From Strigamia acuminata (Eukaryota), in NCBI GenBank assembly GCA_949358305.1, contig OX442314.1, positions 13,826,001-13,890,000 of the forward strand: a DNA stretch of 64,000 nucleotides, written 5' to 3'. A program made the position numbers and the translations under genes. Below, in pieces: positions 51,530-64,000 of the stretch. Numbering within the stretch: the first letter of the stretch is position 1; every line of letters starts with the position of its first letter. The notes under the pieces were generated by a model. The model was not told the DNA's origin. It searched no databases and was given only the letters and a program-made list of their open reading frames with translations.

Positions 51530-51780
51530 CCATATGGTTAAAAAATACATTGAATCATTGCAATGTATTGCAATGTGTTTTGAGTTTCACAAGGATGCAT
51601 TTTGTAATAGTTTACATTTTTTCATGCTATATGGTTTGCAAATGATAGTACATTTTACATTATGTATTAAGGAATTCATTCCCAGTACTATTATTTGTCG
51701 AATAATGCATTATTTAATGTACAAATAATATACATAATTTTGCGAAATGCTATACATTTTGGAATGCATTAAGTGAAAAT
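51530..51780 (-). mobile_element. Inverted copy of the 34139-34452 repeat in the PLEKHH intron
   Basis: TTTGCGAAATGCTATACATTTTGGAATGCATTAAGTGAAAA is the near reverse complement of TTTTCACTTAATGTATTCCAAAATGTATAGCATTTCGCAGA at ~34189. Begins with the TIR CCATATGGTTAAAAAATACATT. Confidence 0.7.
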
Positions 51781-54700
51781 CAATAGACTATATTGTATAA
51801 AATATATCTTAAAATTATATCAGTTGGTCGCTGCAAAAATCATGTAGGATTGTCCATCCGCACCACATTTTAAAAATACCCAGAATTGAAAGCAGTTAGC
51901 AACCCGATTTTTCTACAGTGTTATAGAATGGTTCAAAAAGAATTAATTAACCTAAAAAGTAATCTGTGAGAAGCTTTTTTTTGTTTTAAAATGACAACCG
52001 GTTTCATAAGTTTAGAAAATGTTCTAAAACGTTTAGTATATCCCATGTGGTCTAATAAATAATATCATTGACGATGATCGCAAGATCAAAAGGCCTTTGG
52101 TGAAAAGACTATTTGTTTTGTCTTCGTTAGATTTTGGCCCCGTTAATATCATTAATCAATCTTTAAATTCATGTTTGAAATGTGCGCATTGAAATCAATG
52201 CTTAGTTTAGTGAATTTCATGGAAACCGGCCAAAATCAGGTAGTAAATTATTTAGTTTTAATATTTGAATGCAATTGAAAGCTGAGAAGAATTAAAAGCA
52301 GTGCAGAATGATGAATGAGAACGAGGCTGATTGTATTTGCGCAGTTTGATACTCCAGTGCTCGTTAATGAAGCCTGCAATGAACCACATGGCGATTGTCC
52401 CATTTTGTCAGCTTAGTGACCATGTCGATTGCTTTCTGCCTTACTTGGTCATACATATCAAGCCATCATATTCAATCATGCTTGAGAGAGCAAATGGAAG
52501 CCACCACATAATCTGTGTTATCAAATCCCTAAGGTCTGCGAACGTTACTATTTCTCCCTCTAGTTCTCCCTCCAGTTGTGTCTGCCTGGTCTCATGCACA
52601 AGCACAAGAGCACCTGGCCAATGTAATAATCATATTGGATTCTCTCCCACTACTAAATAGACAATCAACTTTTATTACTGTTTTCTGCCACACTGCCATT
52701 TTAAAGTTGCACTACTTTTGCCCTAGAGTAACTTAATGGGGAGAAATCTGGAAATGTAATCTTCTTTTTTTGGAGATATAAGATTGTCTTCACGTGACAG
52801 GTGGCCAACTTTCACTAGTGAAATTCGAGTTTATCAGTAATTGCTTTATCTAATTGCAGATTTTCTGAGATTTGATATGGCAACTGGTGTAGATTGAACG
52901 CACGTATAAGCCCTATTGAATGCTGATGGTGTTTTGATGTCAGGGCTAATTGGAAGGCTGCAATTTGTTGCTTACTTAATTTCAAAGTGAAATTTATTGC
53001 TGAGATTTGCAAATACAAACTTAGATCTATACAACATGCTGTTAGGAATTGCAATTGGAATTGAATGAGGCTTTTTCTAATCATCCGAAGCCATGACGGA
53101 TCGGCCAATGGGAAACTGATTGATTAATTGGAGCCCATTGGATCATCCAACCAATCTACGAGTATTGGGTGCCTTGTTAATAAGATTAACTGTACCCAAA
53201 AGATAGTTTTGTGTTTGGTAAGCCTACGGTCAGACCAGAGTGCAATCTTTTAGTTGCACCCGAACAAATTGCAACTTGGCAAACGTGAAAAATGGATATT
53301 TTCAATCGTTGCGTGCAAGAGAAAAATAATGGAAAGTACAAGATGGATGATAATTTTTAAGCGAAATTGTTTGTTACGAAGATGCGATTTTGCAGTTTTC
53401 TAATGATTTTTATTTTGCGAGACTTTGGCACTATCTTCTTTTCTCAATCTCTTTGACACAGAGAAGCTTTAGAGATTGCACGAAAGAGGATCCGTACGTT
53501 TTAGAAGAAACTGCATGGGGAAGATTTCAATTTCGGTTACCACACTGGGTCTTATCAAAACTATGTAGAAGATATAGTTAAGAGACTAATATCTTCACAA
53601 AACAAACACTTAAATTATTTATTCTGGGATTAGAATAATTTTAACACTTTACATGAAATATTTAGATACATTCTTTGATACTGAAATTATACATTGACTA
53701 TTTGAATTAACTAATATTAATAAAATGAATTGTGTTAATGAATGGAAAATATGTAAAATGGCAATGGCTTGTCGACGCATGTTGTGATCGCTTCTTGTGA
53801 TGATAATCGATCAATTTTGGCCCAAAATAATTTGGTTTTCTTCACTTAAAAAATATTTCAAAAACTTATCTCTATTTCTACTCACAAACTGCAAGGTGAC
53901 AAATAATTAGGGCAATTTTTCTGACTGTGGTCGGAAGAATTTCTTTTGCTATACTGACGACGTGGCAACTTCAGGCAATTCGGGATCTGTTCGGGATCTG
54001 TCTTGGCTTGGTCGGCATGATGAGCTTCGTAGGCTGTGATGATGTCGACTTTGGCTTCTTTTCACCGACTCTTGACAAGCTCAAGGCTAGGCTCTGGTCT
54101 CAGCTCGATTCAGTTTTGACTGAGCAAAGATTAAATCTCACAACAAATGTAGTTTGTTGCAAGAAAGCTTTTACTGGCTGTGAAAGGAGTCCAAATAAGA
54201 AATTGGTTTGGTTCAGGAGATAACTTTTGTGACTCTTCACAACAACAATTTTGTTTTAGACTGCCTTCTTAATCTCAGACAGGATATGCATCCTGTTGAG
54301 ACATAGGGGCTTGTAGGTCTGTTGCTCTGGCAACGACCTAATTGTTCATGAGAACCAACTTTTTTGGACAAAAATAAAAAATCATTAACATAAATAATTC
54401 TGATAAAATAAAATATATATTTTAAAAAAATATTCTTATTTTTTGTTTCATCCTGGTGACTACCGGGTCGCCACAGTATTTATTTCAAAAGTTTTGTGTC
54501 ACGAATAGTGGAGTGAAAATAAAATGTAGTTTAGCCGATCTTCATTGCACCCGTTCGCTATTAGCACAATTTTTAATCCCCGCGCGCTAATAGAGGCCTA
54601 AGGACAATTTTCATATTGGTTACGACCCATCCATTTTTACTTATCACATTTCGGTAGCCCTTAGGGCCACACGTGACTTGGGACCAGGGAAAAATGGGCG

Positions 54701-57700
54701 AGCCTAGTTCAAGAGTTTCTGGATTTTATGGTATTTATTTGAATATTTTATTCGTAGTGTGTGTAATGGAATTAGACGTGTAGAAGGAAAGCAGCTTTTA
54801 TTTCAATAAGTGCAAACAATAACTCAAGAAACTCTGAGAATGAAAGAAAATATAAAGAGAAAAGTGTACGGCGCAGTCAAGTTATGAGAGTCCATACACG
54901 GACGGGTATATGTAGTCGCTAGGGCATAGAGAAATCAATAAACGTTGCCCTGAGTCGTAGCAAAAAGTTGGAGGAGCCACTTGGCTCATGGGAAAGTCGT
55001 TTTCAATTCGTTTGTATGGCAGTATCTCGTGGCCACATTTGCAGTTGCGTTTTACTATTATGGATCGGGCTTAACCAAAAACGAAATGTTTTATCAATTC
55101 GAAAGGCGGACAGCACTACTCTCGTGGACCTCCACACTCGTGGAATTTGTATTGCAACTTATTAATTTTGCAGGTCCTTGAGGGAAATGTTTTTAATTTA
55201 CATTTTTAGTTACTGTATTTATTTAAAAAATTAAAATGCGTTAGATGTAATAATTTAAAGTTGCGAATGAATAATTTAATTAGTTTACAGGTTGGAGGTC
55301 GAGTTGGTAAATAATTAAATTGGGGGAATTGAAGTGGCTGATTTCTGAGGTTGTTTTTGAAGCGTTCAGGGAAAAATGGAGGCAAATAGAGGGAAAAGGT
55401 TGGATGACTCATGACAGGACCGAAATTGGACAAGGTGGGTAAGTTCGGGACACGAGGTGTCAAGTATTGGGAGGGGAAGATGTTTTTCGACGTCGATAAA
55501 TGCAAACATGTGGGTGAATGGGAGTTTACATGCAAATCATAAAATTATTTCGCATGGGTTTGGTTCCGTTTTGCATTTTAAATTTTTGAGATTTGAGGTC
55601 GTCTCTTGAAATCAAATAGCAAGAATTTTTTCGTCCAAAAATGAAGAGAAACCCAACGGAATTGGTCTCCGCTTCTGGGTTTACCCCGAATGCCTTAATG
55701 GGATTATTTAAAAACCGCCTACCGGTTAAAAGGAAATTGAATTAAACACATTGTACGTAATTCGATTTGGAATATTCATAACTCGCACTAAATCTATTTA
55801 TTTTCGTGCCAATAACGAGCGAATAAGAGAGGAGAATTTAGAGCCTAAAAGCCAACTGGTGCATGCTAAACAGCAATAAATACGTGGTTCTCCGATGCAC
55901 AGTAGCTTTTGTGCGGCTCCAACTTGTCGGTTCCTTTTATGGACGCCGGAAAACTCATTACAAATGATCATGGGCCCTGCACTACATACCAATTTATCGA
56001 GGCATTTAATTTGAGCATTTCGTACAAATGTATTGCAAAGTGCGAATTTAATTCCTTTTTATTTCCACGAATAATTTTATTAAAACTTTTTCGCTTCTTC
56101 ATTTCTTTTCATATCAACTCGATAAGTTTCCGAAATGAAAATGAGAATTCTAAATTATTTCGCGCAATTCACAATGATAATAGGTTTAAATTGTAATAAG
56201 TGTAATGCTGACGTTTATTGTATAATGCAGGCATGTTATTACGTAGACTTTGAATCACTATGGTGTTGACTAATTTAACATTTGCATGTTGGTATATGTC
56301 AAAGGAGATAAATCTTGGTTCCCCCATCGACGATAACGTGACAGCAGGGTTGATGTGTTTAGTGAAGGGGAATTGTAAACTGACTGGATATTTTTTCTCG
56401 GTTTGCATGACACTCAATTGCATGATAAGCAAGTTGGAGGGTGGTGTGGGAGAATAGATTAATATCAATTAGACGACATTTACACTTTTGAATGGGGTAT
56501 TAAAATGTGATTTATTTTTTAGTTTGATAGAAATTGTTGGTTTTTTTTTTTTTTTTTTAATTAATTGGGAGGTTGGGTTTATCCATTGCATTTATTAGCT
56601 GAAGGTGAAGTCGTAAAACGTTAATGGAAATGGAAAATGAAAAGTGTGTGTGTAGAGTTGAAGGGTTTGTGGAGTTGAAGTTTGTATGTGTGTTTGGGTG
56701 GTCGTAATTCATGCAGCAATGTATTTTGCTGTAAATTCCTCTCTGGTTGTCATTGGAATAATAAATAGCACCTCATTAAAAAGTGATTGATCGGTGCTAC
56801 GGAATGCCATAACTTGGCTGATAAGATTCTGTTTTGTTCTTTTATTAGTGTAGGAGAAGTTTTAGTGAGAAAATAATTATGATCGTAAAGTTTTTTTTTT
56901 TTTTTACTTCAAAAGTTAAAGGTTTTTTTTTTTTTTTTTCTACTTTAAATAACTTTCAGTTTATTACTTGATAATGTGATGAAGAGTGAAATTGCGTTGT
57001 GCGAATAAACCTATTTTGAATTAATTTAAAATAATCTTTGGCATTAAAGTGTTGTGCAAATACAGTTAATTATCTGGATTATATCGGAATTCGGCTGGAG
57101 GAAATGAGAATTAGATAGAAGCTGATTCATGGGTAAACCGGAAGTAGTAGTTGGACCACACACAAACACTGGCATTTCAAAGAGAATTTCGCAAACCGAA
57201 GATTTATTTTAAATTATTTTTTTATTCTTTCGGCTTTGATGTTATTTTTATGAACAAAATGAATTTTTAAACTTTCTCCGCAAGGTTTTTCTTTTAGTGC
57301 GTCATCGTGACAATTAAACTGAAATTAAAATTGCTAACTTTGTGCAATAATAACGAAAGAGAGAAAGGTTAGGCAGATCCAACATTAATATATTTAAGGC
57401 ATCACGTGATCTTTGAAAATTCAGCTCACTGCTAGAACATTAAAAAGTATGACAATGCAGTACATAATTTTTATCGCGTTATTGTTACGATTAAGACAGA
57501 GTTTGTTGCCCTTTTCCATATATTCTGAGCTTGAATCCAAATTCTTGTCAGCAGCACTGGTACACTTTAATCCAACCTAGATCCAACCAGCAGTCATTGC
57601 CTCTCAACCTTTTAATAACTGCCAACATCAAAATTATTGGTAGGTTTAACGGTTTTTAATTTTAATTTTTAAGTTATTATAGAGATAATCAGACATTTCT

Positions 57701-60212
57701 TAATTAATTAAGCGTGCAAATAATAAGAGAACACAGATTAAGTTGTAATATTTTTAATTTTTTGGAATAGATAATTCAAAAAGCTTTTAAGCTGTGAAAA
57801 CAATTAACAAGATTTAACCAAGAACAATAAAATACTCGTAATAAACACTACAAATTGATAAAAGCGAGGCAGATCTGGTAAGATTAACTTACTGAACACA
57901 GACCCGTTAGTTGAAACACAGTAACATAATTCAATGGAACGCACCAGCAAGGTTGTACATGTTTATCTGACACTTTCTGCTGGTGTGGCTTGTGCAGCAA
58001 GATTTAATTAAATGTAATGAATGGGTTTGACTCACTCAAGTCGTTTCCCACTGAACTTTAAGCGCCTTCAGTGCAATAACAACGATGGAAAATAGTTTAG
58101 GTGCTGTTTACATTATAAAAACAAAAAAAAATAATTTTAAATTCAAAATATTTAAAAGAAGTGGCGCTTATTCAAAAAAAAAATTGATAAGTCGTGTTCG
58201 GTGTTTTGTGATGTTATTTAAGCTCGTAAAATGCTAATAAGTCAGTTGTAATCAAAATTCATCGAGGACGATTCATTACAGGCGCTTTATAATGGTAATC
58301 GGTTGCAATCTTTCTTGTTCTTGTGGTGAAAGTTAAAAGTAAAGCTCACCAAGTACGAGATTAATGACTGAGAGAAAAGTGGTTGAAATTCTAATTAGAA
58401 TGATTAATTGTAGTTCATCTTTTTTATTTATTTCATTTTTGTGTCAGCTAGGGTTAAATTGTTACCCTTTGTCTGCTCGTTCTACTTGAAATATTCTGAA
58501 AGTGATGAGATGACATTACTTGCAGTGTCAGAGGATCATGTCATTTTAATACATCACTTGCATTATTGCAAGGTTTTTGTATCAATTTTAATGAGTCTTT
58601 CATAATGTCAAAATCAAATTTTTTTAAAAGATTAACTTGGAACACAAACAAAAGTGGAATAGAAAATAACTTGTTTACAGAACAAGCAACGAACTTTCAT
58701 TTTTAAAATAAAAGAAATGTGTTTGCTTAAATAGAAGTGAAACTTCTTGACTTATTCCAAATTATCTAAACTGTCAAGTGTTGGTTGGTTGGTTGGCCAT
58801 AGAACACCATGTTTCTTGCGATTCTTTATAACGATACTCGACTGTATAATAAAAATAGCAGGTCTCATGAATTTTCTAAGAATTAACAACAATTTCTTTA
58901 GAGATCTTTTATTATTTCACCGTTTAGAAAATTTCCTGAAACGATTATTTTCCCATATCTAACACGTATCTACACATGTTTCAACACCTACTGAACAGCA
59001 CCATGCTAAAATCAATGTTTATCTTTATTTAAAGCGGCACAATTTTTTTTCTCTCCCTTTTCTTAGACTTTTTACATATTTTATTGTCTGGACTACTATT
59101 GCCATCCCATTTTTTCCTTTTAACAAAAAGAAAATTCTTTAGTTAAGTTGTCGTTGAGGCTGAGATTAAAATTTGATGGATAAAGTGGTGGCAGCTGTTC
59201 CCTCCGAAAAAGAATGCCCTCACATATTTTCTTCTCCCCTTTCCCCCATCTTATTTGCTTTTCTCAGACCACAACTATATTACAGCACCGGCCTCCTGAG
59301 CGTAAGAAAATATTAATAAAAAAAAGTAGGGGGGAGGGGGGGGGAGGAGAAGAAAATTTCGAACTTTCGCCCTTCGGTTAGATCTGTCCACTAAATGCAT
59401 TATGCATTATATTGAAAAAATACATCAATACTCAACCATATTTTTGCTAAAAATTTAATATAGAAATAAAACAGAACTCGCAAGAACTGACAAGTTCCTA
59501 TGGAATATTCTTGTCGATGGAGAACTGCCTGCAGTCAGCCAATAACCCTTATAGGTTGATGGTATCTAGATCTGGTGGCATGAAGTGAAACATTGACAAG
59601 TGATTGGAACAGTATGTCATTAAATCAGATTGATGGTTATGGGTTTGGCGGCTTTGAAGCATTCATGGCTGCTCTGGTACCAGGTGATGCTTTTACGATG
59701 ATTAATTTAGAAGTGTGGGAAGAGCCGTGGATGTGAATGTCGGTTTTTATCCTTCTATTCGTTTTTTTGGGGATTAGTTTACTTGTCAGATCGAGATATA
59801 CACTTTGTATGTTGTAGGATTGGACGTGGGGATTTAATTTAGTGTCGAGGTAAGGTTTGACCCTGAGTATTAAGTTACTTGTGATGGGTTGTCATTAATA
59901 CGAGTTTTATGTCGTTTCATCAACGGTAGTGTCGTCGTGTTTCATTCGGGTTTGCACAAATGGTTTATATTAATTTTTGAAATTAATTTTCTCTACTCTG
60001 AGAAGAAAAAGTTTTTTTTTTTTTTTTTTTTTTTTTGGAAATTAAAATTTTAAATCTTTTCAAAGCCCACTTTTAATTAATTTTATTCATAAAATCGTAT
60101 TTTTTATTTTTTTGTAAAAGTTGTTTTTGAATTTGAATGTAGAGTGTATTAGAATAGAAAATGAATTGAATAAATTGAACTGAGGCCACTATACCATACA
60201 CATCTGTTTCAG

Positions 60213-60281
60213 GAGGATCTTGTAAATGGTTTATATCTGAAGTCAAGCAATGAGGGCAATATGGGTGACTGCCAGAATATG
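60213..60281 (+). CDS. Candidate 69-nt in-frame cassette exon of PLEKHH (EDLVNGLYLKSSNEGNMGDCQNM)
   Basis: Acceptor CTGTTTCAG, strong donor ATG|GTAAGT, open frame, phase 0-0 compatible with the 47711 donor. No recognisable homology. Confidence 0.45.
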
Positions 60282-63200
60282 GTAAGTGATCATAATTAGT
60301 CGATTTTTATTTATTTATCTGTTCATATCGTTTTATTTTTGCTGGGAAATGTGTAGGTAGAGATTTCACTAAGCGTATGAAGTTTTATGTTCTTTTTTTA
60401 AAATACTTTTTACTTTTTTATTTTATTTTTTTTATTTTTTTATTTTTGGAATCAAAGATAAGTACTAAGCGCTTTTTTTTGTCTTCTTATCTCTTGAGAG
60501 AGCGAGCCCGAGTCGAAACCCTGTTTTTGGACCAATCACTTTCACCATCAATGATTGTTAGTTCAACTTGGGAAATCTTAAAACCGGGTTTTATGACATT
60601 TTTCTTTTAGTTTTGATGAAATGTCTACAAAATTGACAACGAAGAAAACTCGATTTCTTTTTTAATGCTTCAGTTAAACCACGTTTTATGGTTTCAAACA
60701 CGAACTTAAAACCAAAGTTTATTGTTTCAAAATCGCAGTGCAGATAAATTTTATTCAAATGATATTTCATGGCATTTGAAACAAAAAAAAATAAATTCTT
60801 TAAAAATTCTAAAACAATTTGAATATTTTTCAACGTAAAAACATAAACGGTGGCGGAATAAATAATTTCTTTCATTTGCTTCGAATTTAGAAGACCGAAA
60901 AATACAAATTGGTGGAAAAATTGAATTTCACTTAGGAGGCCGAGGTGGAAATATTTATGAATTGCAAACAACGAACCTCCCTTTTGATCAGATACTGTCT
61001 CCCCATATTTATCGCGGACTGCACACAAAACGTGCAACTGCAATTGGAAGGTCACTGGTGATGCATGAGTCTATGGGTGGGTGATGCAGGTTGGAAATTA
61101 GGGCATGATAAAGCCCAGACTTAATGCAAATATATTTCCCCCTCGAGAGCTCTTATTGTCTAGGTCGATGTGAAACATGGACCCGATACGAGCACAAGAT
61201 GGGTGAAATTATTTCGCAGACCTGGGTGGAGTTGGTTGGCAGGAACGCAAATGAAGAGAGAGGCGCGCCGTAGTCTGCGGAGGTGGTTTTGCTAGATGAA
61301 CTTCTGAATGGCGGATTAAACGCGGGACTTGGCCAAACTAATAAACAGAAATGATAACAGATTCAAAGTGGCTGAGAGGGGATTTTGTGAGACTCTAAAG
61401 GTCGTTTTGCTATGCGGGATTTTCTCGCATCTAAGTAGCCCATAAAGGTGCTTTGCATGTGATGAACTTGCCACGAGTGTGTGTGTGTGTGTAGCCTGAA
61501 TTACGTGGCGGCGGCAGCGGTGATAAGTTGCAGCGATGGGAAACGGTGCAGATGCAGCCTAGTTTTGGGCGTTAAAGGTGAGACCGAGGTGATTTTGGGT
61601 TTGTAATTAAACAAGAGCTGCTTGAAATTTGTCGAGTGGTTAGCTGCAACTGAGCAGAGATTTGTCGGAGACAATGAAGAAGCTGCGTTCGAAAGTGTGG
61701 CAAAAGAAATTGGGTAAATGTTTCTTTTGTCGCCTCGCCAAATCACCTTTGCTTGGCTGCTTCTATTTATCCTGAAATAATGGGACCACTTCTATCTCTT
61801 ACACACGGTAATCTTTTTTAAAGACTTATCTTGACTTAATTCAGTTAATGAATTTTTTTTTTCGAGTAAAGTCGGGGAAAGAAACACGAAAGCAGATTTT
61901 GCATTTTTTTAGGGGGCGGTGGGGGAGTGAATAAGTAAATCACTGAAGGGAGGAGGATTTTTTTTTCTTTCTTTTTTTGTTAGTCGCTTTAACTCAAGTC
62001 TGCTTCTTGCATCTCTTCAAGTCAGATTTGCTTCAGTGAAAGGTGATGGGTTGTATAAGATTTTTATGTGCTCGTTTGAATGTCGTGAAAATGGTTGAGA
62101 ATGAGAATCATGGGAAGACGATTTAGTATTTTGGGGACAAGCTTGTCTAGGAAAATGAGGCTATTTTTATGGGGATGAGTAAAAGTCATACGTTTGCCAT
62201 TTTGGATGGGGTTTTAAACCCATCTGGAACACGATAATGCGATATAGGGTTAAATTTAAAGCGGTGATGCAGTTAGTTAAGAGTAAAACTGCAATAAAAT
62301 TAATTTCAAAAAATCTCAAAAAAAATGTATACACATTTTGGATTAAATTAAATATATATCAACTTAATGTACACATTTTTTGTATATAATACAATAAATA
62401 TATAATAAATATAATAGAATTATAATTTGAAGAGATCGGCAATTGAAAAAATCAGATTTGAGGGATAAAGGGGTCCCTGGGTAGTTAAATGAATGGAATT
62501 ATTGAATGTTATCACAAATGGAGTTTGGGTGCGTGCTCAACAGAAATTACGTGATGGGCTTATCTATCTCAAGCATCTAATGAAAGCATTTTCAAGTGAA
62601 AGTATAAAAATATCTATTTTTATTTTTATGGAACTTTCTATAGTTGGCAATCTTGAGCTTGTGGTTAAGGGCTTGTAATGGTAGTTGAGAATCGCTGTTT
62701 GTAATTAGTGGATGGTGTTAATTCTGTTACTTTGTGCTTGCTTGTTTATATAGAGAGCACTATCTCATCAATGTCAAATTCTAAACCCTTTCTAATTAAG
62801 GACCTCCCTCAAACAAATGCGCGCGCGCACACACTTTCCACAAGCTTAAATCAATAATTTTCTCGTGGTACGTTTCAATTTCCTGCCATTTGACGGCAAA
62901 TACTGTATAATATATTTTTTTCTTTGTAAATAATAGATTGGGATGTATCCGATGGGCAAACAACAAGTTCAAACTTAGTTTTGAGTCCAATAAAACATTT
63001 TACTATACACGGCTGTGTTTGTTTCGTGGTTGGTTGGTTTTAATAATAAATTATATTTATGCAATGCAATGAAAGAAATGTGCAAGGGAGTTGGGAGACG
63101 GGGAAGCAAAGTGCACTACTCACTTTAGCCATCAACAGCACGACAATTGAAATAAAAACGTGCGCTAAATTGTTTGAGTTGTTTGCAATATAAATTTCGT

Positions 63201-64000
63201 TTTTGAGTGATATGTAGGCATAAGCAGCACTTCCATTATCCATCTGGAAATCGATTGGTTGGCCGGTTTTCAGTGAAACGGGGGAAAATATAAGTTTACA
63301 GTCAAAATAACATGTTTTGATCGAAGCCAAGTGCCAAGTTGTAACTCAACTGTAAAGCGTAGGGTTTCATACGTCATATACTTTTGGAAAACAGTTTTAT
63401 AATATTATTTTGTTTCTACCGAGTCTTTGGTTGATAGAAACTTTAAAAACAAACTTTGATATTTCTAAATATATATATACACTGAAAAGAGACCTCCAAT
63501 GACCCGATTCACTGTTTGGGAAATATCGATGTTGTGCGGTTTTGATAGTCCTTGGTTGTGCAATTGTTTGGCAAATAAGAGACATGCAGTTCGATTGCTG
63601 ACTACCCATGCAAATGTAATCATCATTTTGATTTACGAGTACGGAATTGCTGTTATCATTTGGTGTTGATTTTCGAATTCAATTAAAGTTGTTTTTTCAT
63701 TTTTTTATTTTTTAAATTGATATGAATCTTCAGGGAAAAATTTTGTCTGAAAATTTTGATTGAAGATGAGCCCCTTAGTTGGTTTAAGAAAAAGAAGATG
63801 AAAGAAAAATGAAGCGATCCATCTTGCGTCTCTGGTGTGTATAGATCAAACGACACGAAGTGTGTATGTTTATTGCAAGAGGGCATCACAGGGTTTCGAA
63901 TTCATTTTCTTTGACTGGATGGCATCAATCATAACACAATAGATGAGGAACACACGAGGAAAAAAATAGTTTGATCAATAAAATCTGGCAATCGTTTATT

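Noticed and set aside
54968..55535. ORFs 54968-55165, 54981-55181 and 55206-55535 as small nested genes
   Set aside because: No homology recognised and no supporting splice or promoter context.
1..64000. Prokaryotic-type systems (CRISPR array, operons, defence genes), rRNA, autonomous transposons, U12 introns
   Set aside because: The sequence is intron-rich eukaryotic DNA. I saw no regularly spaced repeats and no transposase or reverse-transcriptase ORFs, and all mapped introns have ordinary GT-AG ends without the U12 donor GTATCCTT/ATATCCTT.

Overview
AT-rich animal genomic DNA (invertebrate-like, probably arthropod; the species cannot be determined from sequence) with four spliced genes that I reconstructed by hand from GT-AG boundaries and reading-frame phase. 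(1) The 3' part of a CEP170-family gene, + strand, 118-5391; its 5' end lies before the window. (2) A complete 4-exon SIVA1 gene, - strand, 6063-6715. (3) A complete 34-exon THADA/Trm732 gene, - strand, 7286-45065. Its 3' two-thirds is compact (mostly 55-80 nt introns) while its 5' third is spread over ~30 kb and includes 33-nt and 49-nt micro-exons. (4) The 5' end of a PLEKHH1/2 (MAX-1 family) gene, + strand, head-to-head with THADA; it continues past the window. Most ORFs in the supplied track beyond 16 kb are intronic noise. The large introns carry a 3-copy MITE-like repeat, a near-perfect fold-back, a nested inverted-repeat element, CTCF-like motifs and enhancer-like motif clusters. The most notable signal is gene order: CEP170-SIVA1 and THADA-PLEKHH are each neighbouring pairs in human (14q32.33 and 2p21), and here they are joined in one block with regulatory-block-like intron expansion. 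I found no well-supported novel protein system, RNA gene or CRISPR array.
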